64,000 nucleotides of DNA from Penicillus capitatus (taxonomy: Eukaryota; Plantae; Chlorophyta). Location of the stretch: the NCBI GenBank assembly GCA_965649825.1, contig OZ287698.1, positions 449,949 to 513,948 of the forward strand, given 5' to 3'. The translations under genes were made by a program, and so were the position numbers. Shown piece by piece: positions 38,669 through 51,681 of this stretch (positions are counted from its first letter, which is position 1; the number at the start of each line of letters is the position of its first letter). The notes below the pieces were generated by a model, which worked only from the letters and a program-made list of their open reading frames with translations, searched no databases and had not been told where the DNA came from.

Positions 38669-39273
38669 TTAACTGGTGGGTCGATCCCATTGTGTGGCTT
38701 TTGTTTCTTTGTGCCAGTAATAAACGCGGCCGTTTGAATCTTTGGCGGTTGCCCAGCCGATCGGCAGTTCCTCTCCTAAACACCATTGGAGTGTACGAAT
38801 GCAGATGACGACGATGACTCTCTCGAAACTAATCCTTGAATGAAAAAAGAACAAAAAACAAGAGATGATTATTAGAAGTGTATCGTCGTTGTTAAGTGTG
38901 TATTTAATGACGTGCCTGTTTCCGCAGATTCCGTTTTGATAGGCGTCGCAGTGGGCTTCTTGCGATTCTCTCGATCGACACGCGCCTCCAGATCGACCTC
39001 CTTCTTCATGGGAGGCCATTCGATGGAATGCTCGCCTTTAGACACTTCCTCATAGCTCACACTGTATGTCTCACATTGGCGCTGAGATAAAAAGTGTGAG
39101 AGATCGGGGGAAGAGAGATTGGGTCTGTGTACTTTGGCATAATCGATGGCGCGTTGTTTGAGGTCTTCCATATCGACCTCCCGTTGCTTTCGTCGACGCA
39201 CAATGTCGGACCAGTAGATAGGGGCACGCACGGCGAACTCGTCGTCGCCGTAAATCTGCCTCCAGTTCATCAT
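38669..39273 (-). CDS. C-terminal WW-domain protein
   Basis: Last exon LPIGWATAKDSNGRVYYWHKETKATQWDRP. Confidence 0.8.
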
Positions 39274-39327
39274 CGTGACGCACGTCTTTGAAGGAAAGTG
39301 TACGACGCTTTACATATCGGCGACGTC

Positions 39328-40223
39328 ATGACGCAGACTTTCGTCGGGAAGGTTTGCTCCGATGCAGACATCGGTATACGGGGAGGGATCGGATGCAGGT
39401 CACATCAAATAAAATGATGAAGAGTGTCGTTGTGACGGTGGAATACTGCCGGAAGCTGCCAAAGTATCACGTCTGGCGTCGTTTCCAGTCGAAAATCATG
39501 GTGGGCTTGGTCGCTGTCGGCGTGCCAGATACAGACCGTCTGTCGTCCAGGCGCATGATCCGTTGAATGAGTGTCAGATAGGAGACACCGTACGCATTCA
39601 TTCCTGTCGGTGAGACAGACAGACTCTCCGGTTGGTGGGCGGGAAAGAGCAGAGATATGACGTGACGTGATGTGACAGGCCATTGAGTAAACGCAAATTC
39701 TTTCAGGTTGTGGAACTGATCCATCGGGCCAAGCAATACGATGAAGCAGCCAGGAAGACAGCTGAGCATCAGTCCGTGAATGAAATGCGGAAAGCAGAGG
39801 AACGCCGTATGGCTTTGGAGAATGAAATGATGAGTCGTCGGCATTTGATGGATCAAAGCGCCATCAAGGAAGCGGAGGAAGAGATGGCCAAGAAGGCGGT
39901 ATTGATCCAACGCTTTAAAGAAGTCCAGCGCGCCACGCATGAAAACTTGCAGCCAGAAACGCATTCCGGTGCATCGATCAAGCACTCTCCCTCCATCTGA
40001 GATCTTTGCCTGTACTCTAGATGATGTCACATCACCGCCGCCAGGCGATCCGCCCGAGGTCATAACAGAGTTGGGTGATGATACCCATCACGAAGTGGCT
40101 GAGGCGAAAACCGAAGTAGAAGGTGACGAAGAGATCTCGAAGCCGGATCTCGGGTTAGACGCGCATCTGACGGAGAAAAGCGTCGTCCAACCGGACGACG
40201 ATTCGAATAAAGATGCGACGTGA
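39328..40223 (+). CDS. MRPS17: Bacterial-type ribosomal protein uS17 (probably mitochondrial) with long C-terminal extension
   Basis: MTQTFVGK|VTSNKMMKSVVV, AHD...CQIGDTVRI...R|PLSKRK. The end is 40223 if intron 39969-40020 is spliced, otherwise 40000. Confidence 0.88.
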
Positions 40224-40271
40224 CGTTTCTATCCTTGCGTTTTGACGCTACGCGTCGTTTCATTCTTTGCT

Positions 40272-40694
40272 ATGCAGACGGAACATACGCGCAATGTCTG
40301 TCGCCTCTACCGCGAGCTGTTAATTTTGATTAAGCGTCTCCCCAAAGACAAAATCGAGAACGCCTGGGAACAAGCACGTCGAGAGATACGTCTGCACAAG
40401 GACGAGAGTGACAAGATGAAAGCGTCGGATCTCATGAAACAGATGGTGGTCAAGATCGGCTATCTGAAATCTATCACTCCTCGACAGCCCGGCGACGCCC
40501 AACGTTTGCGTTGTGGCAGTGGTCACTGGGTGCTGCGTGATGGCAAGCTTGTCGAAGGGCATGGTGTTTCGAAAGGACAACGCGTCGCCGATGGAACGAT
40601 CAGTATGCAAGAAGCGCATGAGTTAAATCATAGACTCCTCAAGCGTCAGTACTTCGGACAGGAGCCGCCGCCGAATCCGGCTGGCGTGTTCTAA
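40272..40694 (+). CDS. LYR-motif mitochondrial protein
   Basis: RLYRELL...LP...AWEQARREIR LYR motif; single exon. Confidence 0.82.
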   Translation: MQTEHTRNVCRLYRELLILIKRLPKDKIENAWEQARREIRLHKDESDKMKASDLMKQMVVKIGYLKSITPRQPGDAQRLRCGSGHWVLRDGKLVEGHGVSKGQRVADGTISMQEAHELNHRLLKRQYFGQEPPPNPAGVF

Positions 40695-40703
40695 TCAAGC
40701 GCG

Positions 40704-41201
40704 TTAAGCTTTGGGAGGGAAGCCAAGGCGGCGACGTTCGCGATTCTCGCTCTCCACTTGAACCAACATTTCCTGTTATCCGATGATGCCAAGAAAGTGT
40801 GAGATGCATGTGTGAGATTTGACTTCTAGATAAGATTCGTATGGAGTCTGCTTGGCTTGCATCTCTTCGCTGAGATATGTGTGTTTCATTGAGAGATCTG
40901 TCGCGCGTTTGAGACGTTGCAGTCGAGCATCGGTCACTTCCTTCGGCAGACGACGCAAAGCCTCAGCGACGTCCTGCATCAACGAGACAGTCAGTCATCA
41001 AAAGTGTGACATCACACGTTTTTACGGCGCTGGCCATGGGATCATAGAGATCTTCGAGACGCAGTCCATACTTACGCAGCTCCTTGCCAACACGAGCTCG
41101 GTACCAAGTGCTCAGCCTAGTCATAAGGGGTTCGAACATACGTGCCAGTGCCTGAGAGCACAGAGCTTTAGCTAAACGTCGTCGCAGAGAGAACGTGCCA
41201 T
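40704..41201 (-). CDS. QCR7: Cytochrome bc1 subunit 7
   Basis: LRKYGLRLEDLYDP|DVAEALRRLP...RLKRATDLSMKH. The first intron (41152-41198) is GC-AG directly after the ATG. Confidence 0.93.
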
Positions 41202-41326
41202 TTGTGTGACCACCTCCTTCGGACGTATCGAGACAGACGCGCGCTGCAGAGCTGTGAATGTTTTACCCTCGTCGTACGGCAAGGATAAGAGAGATTGCTG
41301 TGCATGATGTGACTGTTGCTTGCTCA

Positions 41327-42024
41327 ATGGCTGAATCGTGGGACGACCGAACGCGTGAAACCGTCAAGAAAATTCCGCTGCTGTCCGTAAGAACACACGA
41401 TGTCTCACTCCATGTATCTCTCACACCTTTAGCGCTTCATAGGAGACCGGCGGGCCACGAGATAAAGAAGCATGGGGTCTACGGCTCAAACAGGTACGGA
41501 CAAGCCGACCACGTGGTCTCACTCTTTGTGAATTCAGGAACTGTCAACGTTGATTCAGTATGTCAACATGAACAAAGAGAGTGATACGGACTGGTTTACC
41601 ATCAGTCCAAGCAAAGACGGCACCCATTGGTCGGGAAAATGCTGGTGAGGCAAATCGGCCGATTCCGACAGTTTTGTATGGAGAGGGTGAAGGTATGTAC
41701 ATGAGCTCATTCGATATGAATTCGAGTTTCAGTTCGATATCCCTGCCACTTATCCCCTCGTCTCGCCGGAAATCGAGATCCCTGAACTCGAAGGGAAGAC
41801 GGCCAAAATGTACCGTGGAGGAAAGATCTGTCTGACAATTCATTTCAAACCGCTCTGGACGAAGAATGCGTAAGACATGGGTGGATGTTGGCTCCAATAG
41901 AGTTAGGTGCATGCACAGGCCTAAGTTTGGCATCGCACATGCGTTGTGCTTGGGACTGGCGCCGTGGCTGGCTGCCGAAGTACCGTACATGGTAGAACTG
42001 GGCGTCATTACTCCCAAAACATAA
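41327..42024 (+). CDS. UFC1: UFM1-conjugating enzyme 1
   Basis: [47 protein letters not shown]. Confidence 0.96.
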
Positions 42025-42091
42025 AAAGCGTCGTACGGTGGCCGTGTCTGTGAAAAAGGTGTCGCGTTTCTGATCGTCTGTGCGACGCGTC

Positions 42092-43675
<1,584 letters not shown>

Positions 43676-43742
43676 GGCGATATATCCTCTAATCAAAATG
43701 CATGCATCGTCCATTCTTTGCATTTTGACGAGCTTTTTGTGA

Positions 43743-44144
43743 ATGTTTGGCTTCGGACGACGCAGTAACGAATCTGCAGCGCTGCGCAAGAATCGAGAAG
43801 CTTGTTACAAGGTTCAGCTTCCTCGGCGGAATTGTCGATGCACGATGTCGCTGTAGGCAAGAGACGTTTACTATAACTGCGTCGACGCACAGGGGACGAC
43901 AACGGACGGCAGTATTCCTGGACCGTGCAAAAAACTCCGACGTGATTTCGAAGCGGCCTGCAAGGCGACTTGGGTTGTTTCTGTGTGTATGCTTGACGCG
44001 ATAGGCGAAAGCGTCTGCCTTTAGGTGCAGCACTTTGACAAATTGCGTGAGCGCGATTCTCGCGTCGCCAAGGAATTGCGTCGTGTGATCGACGCCACAG
44101 CTACCAGCGCAAAAGGAGCGACGGCGGGAAAACCGCAACGTTGA
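43743..44144 (+). CDS. COA6: COA6/COX6B-family twin-CX9C protein, 101 aa (absent from the ORF track)
   Basis: Exons 43743-43811, 43857-43973 and 44025-44144 with GT-AG introns of 45 and 51 nt. Protein has R..CYKARDVYYNC (CX9C) and CKKLRRDFEAAC (CX10C) followed by ..WVQHFD. Confidence 0.88.
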
Positions 44145-44147
44145 CCC

Positions 44148-44843
44148 ATGGGTCGAGAACGATATAGTCGTCGAAGGGATTCGTCTGAAGAATACGAGGA
44201 ACGCCGACGACGCCGACGGGCAAAGGAACGTCACGTTTCCGATCGTTCACCCGAACGAGAGAAGCGACAGCGACGTCGACGCGATGAAGATAAGAGAGAA
44301 AAAGACAGACGATCAAGACGGTCGCGATCGCGATCCAGATCGCGTTCGAGAGTGAGAATGGAGGATGGATGACAAAAAGCACGAGGTGCTTGGTGTAGGA
44401 ACGACATCGTAAGAAACGCAGCACGAGTCCAGGAACGCGCCATGATGTGTCAAAAGACAAACGACAGAAACAGGAGAAGAACGGGGGAGCGGCAGCAGCG
44501 GAGAGCGGAAAAATCGACTTCTCAGCGGACATCACGCCCGAAGACGTGCAGCTCATGCAAGCAATGGGCATTCCTTTCGTAATAACGCTCATCGCCGCAG
44601 GCGTCTGTCTGTGTTCGAGCTGTTGGACCTTTAGGGTTTTCAGTCGACACAAGGGACGCATGTGGGAGACGACGAGGCGAATACCGGGGCAATTCGGACG
44701 AAGAGTTTACGACAGGCGCGACAGTATATGAATCGAAAAGTGTGACAAGTGTGATACGTATTGCGCTGCAATGTATGGTTTAGGGAGGATTCAACCGTCC
44801 GTTGCCTCCAGAGCGAACGGGACAGAAGGTCGTTCGAGATTGA
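44148..44843 (+). CDS. SNRNP27: U4/U6.U5 tri-snRNP 27 kDa protein
   Basis: RS/RE-rich N-terminus, then LMQAMGIPF|GFQSTQG and RQARQYMNRK|GGFNRPL. Confidence 0.95.
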
Positions 44844-44853
44844 ATCATCGGAT

Positions 44854-44858
44854 TGTAA
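44854..44858 (+). promoter_or_regulatory. TGTAA chlorophyte-type polyadenylation signal in the 17-nt gap before TTC27
   Basis: Sequence TGA-ATCATCGGAT-TGTAA-GA-ATG. UGUAA is the known chlorophyte near-upstream poly(A) element. Confidence 0.5.
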
Positions 44859-44860
44859 GA

Positions 44861-47633
44861 ATGGAAGGTTTACTTCTTGCCACTTGCGGTGTCAACGTCG
44901 CCCATCGACTCGACGCGACGGAGATCCCTGCGGGTCTGCGCGATATCGCGACGGCGATACGAGACGGAAGATTGGACGTGGTCCTGACGAACGAACGTTA
45001 CGAGAAGCTGATCGATCCGCAGACAACGGTCCAGGAGAGACGTCGAGAGACGGAGAGGCTGTTGGGGAGATGCGTCGACGAGAACGATGTTCACGAAGCT
45101 CTCGCTCTGATGAGTATCGGAGTGGCGTCCCTTCTCCTTTATGTACAGCACAACGTGACTGGGTAATTACACGATGTAAGAATGCCCGCCTAATGTTGAG
45201 CGTTGCAGTCCGGATGTGTCGCTGGATGATGAGGGGGCCGATGCGTGTTCAGCTTTGGCCATGGACGGTGAAGATTTTGCAGCAAAGACAGTTCGGCCAG
45301 ATCGACTGCTGCTCGCACGGCTCTTACTGGTCGAGCCCCTGAGACTGGAGCATTGCGAACCCGCAACGATGACATGGCAGATTGGTGGTATGACTCTGGA
45401 AGTGGCCGAATCTGCCACAGATGCGCGATCGTTTATTAGCTCAACAATGCCGAGCTGGTTGTGGTGGGCTGCACGCGCCGTTGCCGTCCACCAACGATTC
45501 TTGAAGCATCACTCGGCAACGCTGAGAAAAGAGTGTGCGGCACTGTTGGGTTTGCTAGAGAAGCATGTTTTAGACCACGACGACGATTGGAGTGCAGCAT
45601 CGCGTGTGCAGCTTTGTTTAGAAATGGCTCAGTGGGAACTTATCTATCGTCGCATTCCGTCAGCGGAGAACTGGATCGACAAGGCAGAAAACCTGCTTCG
45701 TACGATCGAATCGCCATCCTGCCTTCTTGGCAAGACTGTGCAGTCTGGTAGAGGTGAAGATCGAACTCTCTGGAGCCATGGGCAAGAGAACGGTCCATCA
45801 GAAGGATGCCAAAGCGCAGTTGATTGCTAAGATCCACCGTTCTGGCGAGGTCATCATCTGCATTTATACCTCTCCTCAGAGCCACGAACCGTGTTTTCAG
45901 GCTCCCGTCGAAGCGACGCTGGAAGGAAGCTGCGAGGGGACGTCGTTGGATGCTGCCGTCATGGAGGACGACATCTTGATGAAACCTGTATGGGATGGAG
46001 AGGTGTCGACGCCGCATCTCTCCCCTCTTGAACAGTGCCTGGCTTTGGCTCGGTCGGATGTGCTGGAACTCGGTACGGCGAAGGACCCTCTGCAGTCGTG
46101 GGAAATGGAACCCTTTGCTCAGCTCATCCTATGTCAATCCCCCTCTACCTTTGCCATCCAAGTACACCACTCTTGTTTTCTATCTGCATAAGAACACAAC
46201 GGATATCCGTTCTAGATCAAGGCGCGCTTGATGCGAGTGCTGCACGAACGCGAACGGGGCAGGACGCGAGAGAGGTCGTTACTGATGTTGGAGAAGCTCG
46301 TGGACAGTGTTCGCGGAGACGACATCGCGACAGACCGTCTGGCGTTTGTGTTCTGTGTTCGGATGCCGGGTATATTGCAACTCAGGAAGCAACTGGCAGG
46401 GCATTACGTTTCCTTTGGCATCGTCGCCTCTGCTCTCAGCATCTATGAAGAGTTAGAGATGTGGGAAGAGCTTGTGTTCTGCTATCGTCTGCTCGAGAAG
46501 AAAGCCATTGCAGATGAAATCGTCACGTGTCGCCTGGAATCGGATCCACAGAATCCCAGTCTCCTGTGTACCTTGGCCGATCTGAGATCCGATCCAGATC
46601 TGCACGTAAAGGCGTGGACAGCATCAGAGCAATCCTACCCGCGTGCCCAACGCTCGTTAGCACGGCTGGCGATGGAGAGGAAAGACTACAAAGCAGCATC
46701 GTCATCTTTCGAGCTCGCACTCAACATCAACAGCCTGCATCCCGATGCCTGGTTCTCTTTAGGATACTGTTATCTGAAGTTGGATGACGATGCTAGTGCG
46801 CTGAGAGTAGGCCGCCATTTCTTGCCTCGCAATCATGGCGTTACATGTACAGGCATTTACGTGGTGTGCCCAGCTCGAGCCAGAGAATGGCGAGGCGTGG
46901 AATAACTTGGCCGCTCTGTGGATGCGGCAAGAGAAACCTGAACGGGCCCTTTGGGCACTAAAAGAAGCTGTCAAATTCATGCACCGCAGCTGGGAGACAT
47001 GGGAGAACTATGCCAAAGTGTGACCACGTCTGTTCTCTTCTCACTCTTATGCCGCATACTTAGGCAAGTCAAGAGTGTGGTGAATATGCTATGGCGATTC
47101 GTGGAATGACCAAGGTCTTCGAAATGAGCGACGGACAGCGACTGCAGGCGGATCTCCTTACCTCGCTGATCGACGCCGTCCTGGATCTCCCTCAGCATTC
47201 CAGTCCACCAACAGCAGACACAGGCAAAGTGCTCAAACAGCTGGAAGCTTTTCTGCAGCGGGCGTCAAACGGATCTGGATGGCGATTTGAATTCTGGCTG
47301 CCCTTTGCTCGACTGCATGACCATCTCGATCAGCCATCTCTCGCCAAAGACTGCCTCACCAAGTGCTTTCGACATCTACAAGGCGCTGCCTGGAAATCCG
47401 ATCCCTCTCAATTCGCCCTGCTCGTTCAGGTGATGACTGCCTTAATCGAGCACACACAGGCTGAGGCATCCCAAAGAGACCTCGCTTCTCTTGCATTACA
47501 ACTCAGAGGCATCGTCAAACAGGCAGAGCGGAACTACAGCGATACCGAAGACATGCATCAACTCCAGTCCCTTCAGTCTCGCCTCCTCCAGTTGACCAGA
47601 AAAGAAGGCCTTTCGGATTCTACAGCCCCTTAG
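44861..47633 (+). CDS. TTC27: TPR protein TTC27/Emw1-like
   Basis: LLYVQHNVTG, ELSGAMGKRTVHQ, YEELEMWEELV.CY, RAQRSLAR, AWFSLGYC, GEAWNNLA. Confidence 0.9.
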
Positions 47634-47901
47634 CCTCGCGCCGTGTGGCATCGTGCAGCAGCTCTTCGTCCACTTCTTCGGGCGAGAGATGCACGTAACG
47701 GATGACAGACCCACGGACAAAGCAGTTGTGTACAGATTTCATATGGGGATGCTTCTCTTCGTTCACGATACGAATGTTACTCAGTTTCACGTTAAGGAAC
47801 TGATCCACCGAGACGAGGTTCCCCGTAATCGCGAGGTCGTTCTTCAGTTCAACGGTGACCTCTTTTCCCACAAGGGTCTTGAAGAGACTAGGAAACAGCA
47901 T
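47620..47901 (-). CDS. LSM2: U6 snRNA-associated Sm-like protein LSm2
   Basis: FKTLVGKEVTVELKNDL...SVDQFLNVKL...FVRGSVIRYV...DATRREA. Confidence 0.97.
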   Translation of the reverse strand: MLFPSLFKTLVGKEVTVELKNDLAITGNLVSVDQFLNVKLSNIRIVNEEKHPHMKSVHNCFVRGSVIRYVHLSPEEVDEELLHDATRREAKGL

Positions 47902-47958
47902 TTCTAGCGAACGAATGTACCAGCGAACGAACATACGCGTGCGGATTGCGAAGTGGTT

Positions 47959-48979
47959 ATGCCTCTTGAAGAGGACGCCGCCCTGCCTTTGCTGCACCCT
48001 TCACAGACCAGAGCCTGTCTATCGTGGAAGACGCTACATGAAGCTTATTGGAATTCGGGATATGCCTGTCTCTGCACGACGCCCTTTCTGTTGTTTCTTG
48101 GCAATTTCACAGTAGCATCATTAACAAGGTCCTTGCCTGTGTTGGAAGTGGTGATGCTGCGATCGATGTTCGTTGCTGTTCTGGCGGTTCTTTACCAAAC
48201 GTGGCAGAAAGGACGACCTCAGTTGGCACTGGGCAGCAAACCTGGGCTCGTCGTCTTACATACGATTGGTGCACTAGCAGCTAATATCACTGCCTTTGCT
48301 GCCATCTCTATGATACCTTTGGCCAATGCGCTGACCCTTATGTACGCAAACATCGCCCTCACTGCCGTGCTCTGTTTCATCTTCGGCCTCGAAACTCTCA
48401 GGTCTGTATCCTCTCCACAACCGAACGCATCTGGACACGTGTGATAGGTGGTTTGCATCGGTGGGAATCGCTCTTTGCATTGCAGGCATCGTATTTGTTG
48501 TCCAACCGACGTTTTTCTTCTCTGTCAGTGATGAAGAAACTTCGTCGAATCGACGGTTAGGAATCATTCTTGCTGTGCTGAATGGCATCCTTGGATCGCT
48601 TGTTCTCTTGTTGAAACGGGCCATCGGGACATCTGTCCGACCAGATGTCCTCCTGCTATACCCTATACTTTTTGTGATCTTCACTGCATTTGTATCTCTT
48701 GCCTGTCATGTACCAGAGAGTCCAGTCTATCGATTGGCATTGTGGCATTGGGGTCTGCTTGCGTTGGGCGGAATCGCCTCCTTTCTTGCAAGAGTGCTTC
48801 TCAATAGAGGCGTTGCACTGCTATCGGGCACTCTGGCTGCTATCTGTGCCAGTTTTCAAATGCTCTTTGCCCTTGTCTCCGATCTCCTGCTCATGAACGA
48901 GGCATTTTCACCAAACGTTCTCATCGGTACGGTGCTTATGTTGTCCGGTAGCGTTGCGACAATTCTTTCCATTCAATGA
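47959..48979 (+). CDS. EamA/DMT transporter
   Basis: Two multi-TM exons joined by one GT-AG intron; IPLANALTLMYANI and LLMNEAFSPNVLIG. Confidence 0.85.
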
Positions 48980-49015
48980 ATTTGTAAGAGAACGGACGGA
49001 CAAATTCAAAGTTGA

Positions 49016-50266
49016 TCAGCGTAGTCGTTTAATAGAGTGAACATCTCTCTCACATCGCAGACAACGAAATGTACGGAATTTACCTGTTGCACAGAGACGG
49101 CTTGCAATACAGTAATAGCAGTAAGCATGTCCACAAGGGACACAGACATAGGGATTCTCTATATTCGGCCGCAGGCAGGCTGGACAGCAACGATCTCCGG
49201 AATGCAGCACTCTCCCTGAGGGCAGAGATCTGAGAGGCATCTGGGAGATGCAGAGTGAGTGACCTGGATGTGTGAAGAGAAACCCGAATCGCGTTAAGGC
49301 ATTCGAGGCCGTATGCGTTTTTAGCAGAGACATCAGCAGCAGAAGCATATCGCAGATTTGGTGCCATATCAGACCACGGTTAATGAGATCCCGTTCCATT
49401 TCGCGACCCAATGTCTGGCCTTCTACGGAACGGCACACCACTCGACTCAACCGTTCGGCCAATCCTCTTCAACACACAAGCCGGAGAATAAACAGACGTG
49501 TGGCGGAGAAGGTCTGATGGGGTACATGTATCTCCCGGTGGTGAGGAAGTGAAGAGAATTGAGCAAAGAGAGACAGGTATAGCCACATTGACAGAGCCAC
49601 TCCATCTTCTCCCCTCTCGCTGTACGGTCATCCCTGCAAACAGCGATCGATGGACTCAGACCATCCATCCATGCAAGGCGCTGCTACGGCAGTTGATGGA
49701 TGTCTCCTCGAATGGACTTTGAGAACTTGGCAAAGAAGTAGGGGACCAAAATGGAACAGGCAAAGAGACAGGCCTTCTGCATCTGCGAGATCTCTTCGCC
49801 CTAGACCCATCCCCATCCCGTCCCTGATGTGACAGCGATGGTCTCACTTGCAGATTGGTGTAGTGAAGGTTGAGGAGGGCTTGACCTGGAGTCGGTCTAT
49901 TACGTCCGACGGTGAAGAAGAACACCTTTACCACACATGATCATCACTCATCGTGTCGGATCCCTGCATCCTATCGTGCACCATCGACTTGAGCAGCGCC
50001 TTCACCTCGTCGGCAATGTACTGCACGTCCATGTGGCTCGAAAAAACAGTGGCGATGCGACCAAAGATGTCATTTTCGCAGACAGTGTCCAGAGCAACGG
50101 CATCCCATTGCAACGCCCTCGGTGCACTGTTCAGCAACAACAGGCAGTACGTCACCTGAGAGACTCTGTGGGCGTACTACGGCGTAGTGTTCTGCAGGAC
50201 GGTATTTCGCGTTTGGAGGAGAGCCAGTGCCAAGGCACGTTGTCGTTTGTCCGGATCCATCGCCAT
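49016..50266 (-). CDS. PEX2: Peroxin 2 (RING)
   Basis: RALQWDAVALD, RPTPGQALLNLHY, and C-terminal CPAC...PCGHAYCYYC...FRCLRC. Confidence 0.88.
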
Positions 50267-50614
50267 GGCGCCACGGATGCAATGACGCAGGAGATGTCGC
50301 TTAACGGATTTGCGATACTGTCATATCTCCGACGCATCATTCGGATGGACACATGTCTTGTCCAAACAGCCGTCCTCGACAAACAGAACAGCGTGAGCCA
50401 TCCCGAACACGATAGATCCATCCATATATCCACGTTAAAGAGCCTGCCCACTTTAAAGGCGCTGTCACCACAGCTTTATTGTCATACAGGCAGAAGAATA
50501 GACACCTGATTGGCATTGGACATACACGGTGCACAGCGCATGCGATTTCAACAAGGCAGCGCATGAGAGAAAGTGTGATAAGTGTGATGTTGAAGAGAGA
50601 GAGCAAAAGTTGTT

Positions 50615-51652
50615 TCATTTTTTCTCCATGGCCTTGGCCCGAACGAAGATGACGCCTGCACACAGACCAACCAGCACGCTCAGTACATTCACCGCCGTGG
50701 TTTTCACGCGGAAGACCAGCCATCCCAGAATAGCCGTTGGAATTTTGTTCAGCGATCCTGTCATGACGAACGTTGTCGATGTCGTGGCTCCCATAAAACG
50801 AAGACTCGAATAGCTCACGGCAAATCCCACAAACCCGCTCATGAAGAGCGCGATCAGAAACCATGGATTGTGGATGGCTGGCTGAGACCAAATGATCTGC
50901 GATTCGCCCACAGTGACGATCAGCATGAGCAGCCAAGGTAGACCCAGGAGATGATTATAGTAGACTTTGGTAATGTCTGACATTCCTTTCTTGGATGTCA
51001 CATCGTCCACTCTATTGAGGACGTTTTTCAGGTAGAGAGCATAGGCAGCCGTTACTGCACAGTTGAGGAGCTGCCATGTGTAACCGACAGGATGAAAAGA
51101 GAGATCCGTCATGCTTCCCACCACGGCCGAAAGGGCCATCAATGCCAGCGACATCCAGACACCCAGGACGTAATGCTTGCCGAAGAAATACATGTCTCCC
51201 AAGATCGTCAAGAGATTCGTGAGGTTTTTGAGCAATGTCACCATCGGGACCTGCAATGTCTTGAGTGCATAGAAACCGGTGCCGATCATGGCAACGAAGA
51301 GACAGTTCACAGGCCACCAGATCTTGACGATGCGCCAGTCTAGTGCATCGCGCTGTACGATATTGAACTGTCCAGCGATGTCGATCAGCAGCACGGTCAT
51401 CATAAACTGGCACAGAAGCAGAGCATTGGGGGCATCGAATTCGAATGACGAGGCCAGGAGTTTGTTTGTGAGAATCATGCTGAAGGAACAGATGCAGTAA
51501 GCGATGCCTGATGTCAGCTCCGACACTTTGTGCTTGTTTGCGTAGTTGTTGCTTTTGGGAGAAAAGGTCAATGCGTCGAAGGGCTTCACGGGGACGACCT
51601 GTGTCTCGCTTTCGACCTCAACGCGCAGAGATTGCCCCGTTTCGGCAATCAT
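50615..51652 (-). CDS. Golgi GDP-mannose transporter (GONST/Vrg4 family), paralog a
   Basis: SMILTNK, WWPVN, KNLTN, YYNHLL and the GSLNK motif; intronless. Confidence 0.92.
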   Translation of the reverse strand: MIAETGQSLRVEVESETQVVPVKPFDALTFSPKSNNYANKHKVSELTSGIAYCICSFSMILTNKLLASSFEFDAPNALLLCQFMMTVLLIDIAGQFNIVQRDALDWRIVKIWWPVNCLFVAMIGTGFYALKTLQVPMVTLLKNLTNLLTILGDMYFFGKHYVLGVWMSLALMALSAVVGSMTDLSFHPVGYTWQLLNCAVTAAYALYLKNVLNRVDDVTSKKGMSDITKVYYNHLLGLPWLLMLIVTVGESQIIWSQPAIHNPWFLIALFMSGFVGFAVSYSSLRFMGATTSTTFVMTGSLNKIPTAILGWLVFRVKTTAVNVLSVLVGLCAGVIFVRAKAMEKK

Positions 51653-51681
51653 TTTAGTGTCTCGGGTGCTTTTCAATGCCG

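Noticed and set aside
43743-47633. Full tricistronic translation by leaky scanning alone
   Set aside because: snRNP27 contains about 7 internal ATGs and a TGTAA signal precedes TTC27, so only the COA6-snRNP27 step shows the ATG-depletion signature.
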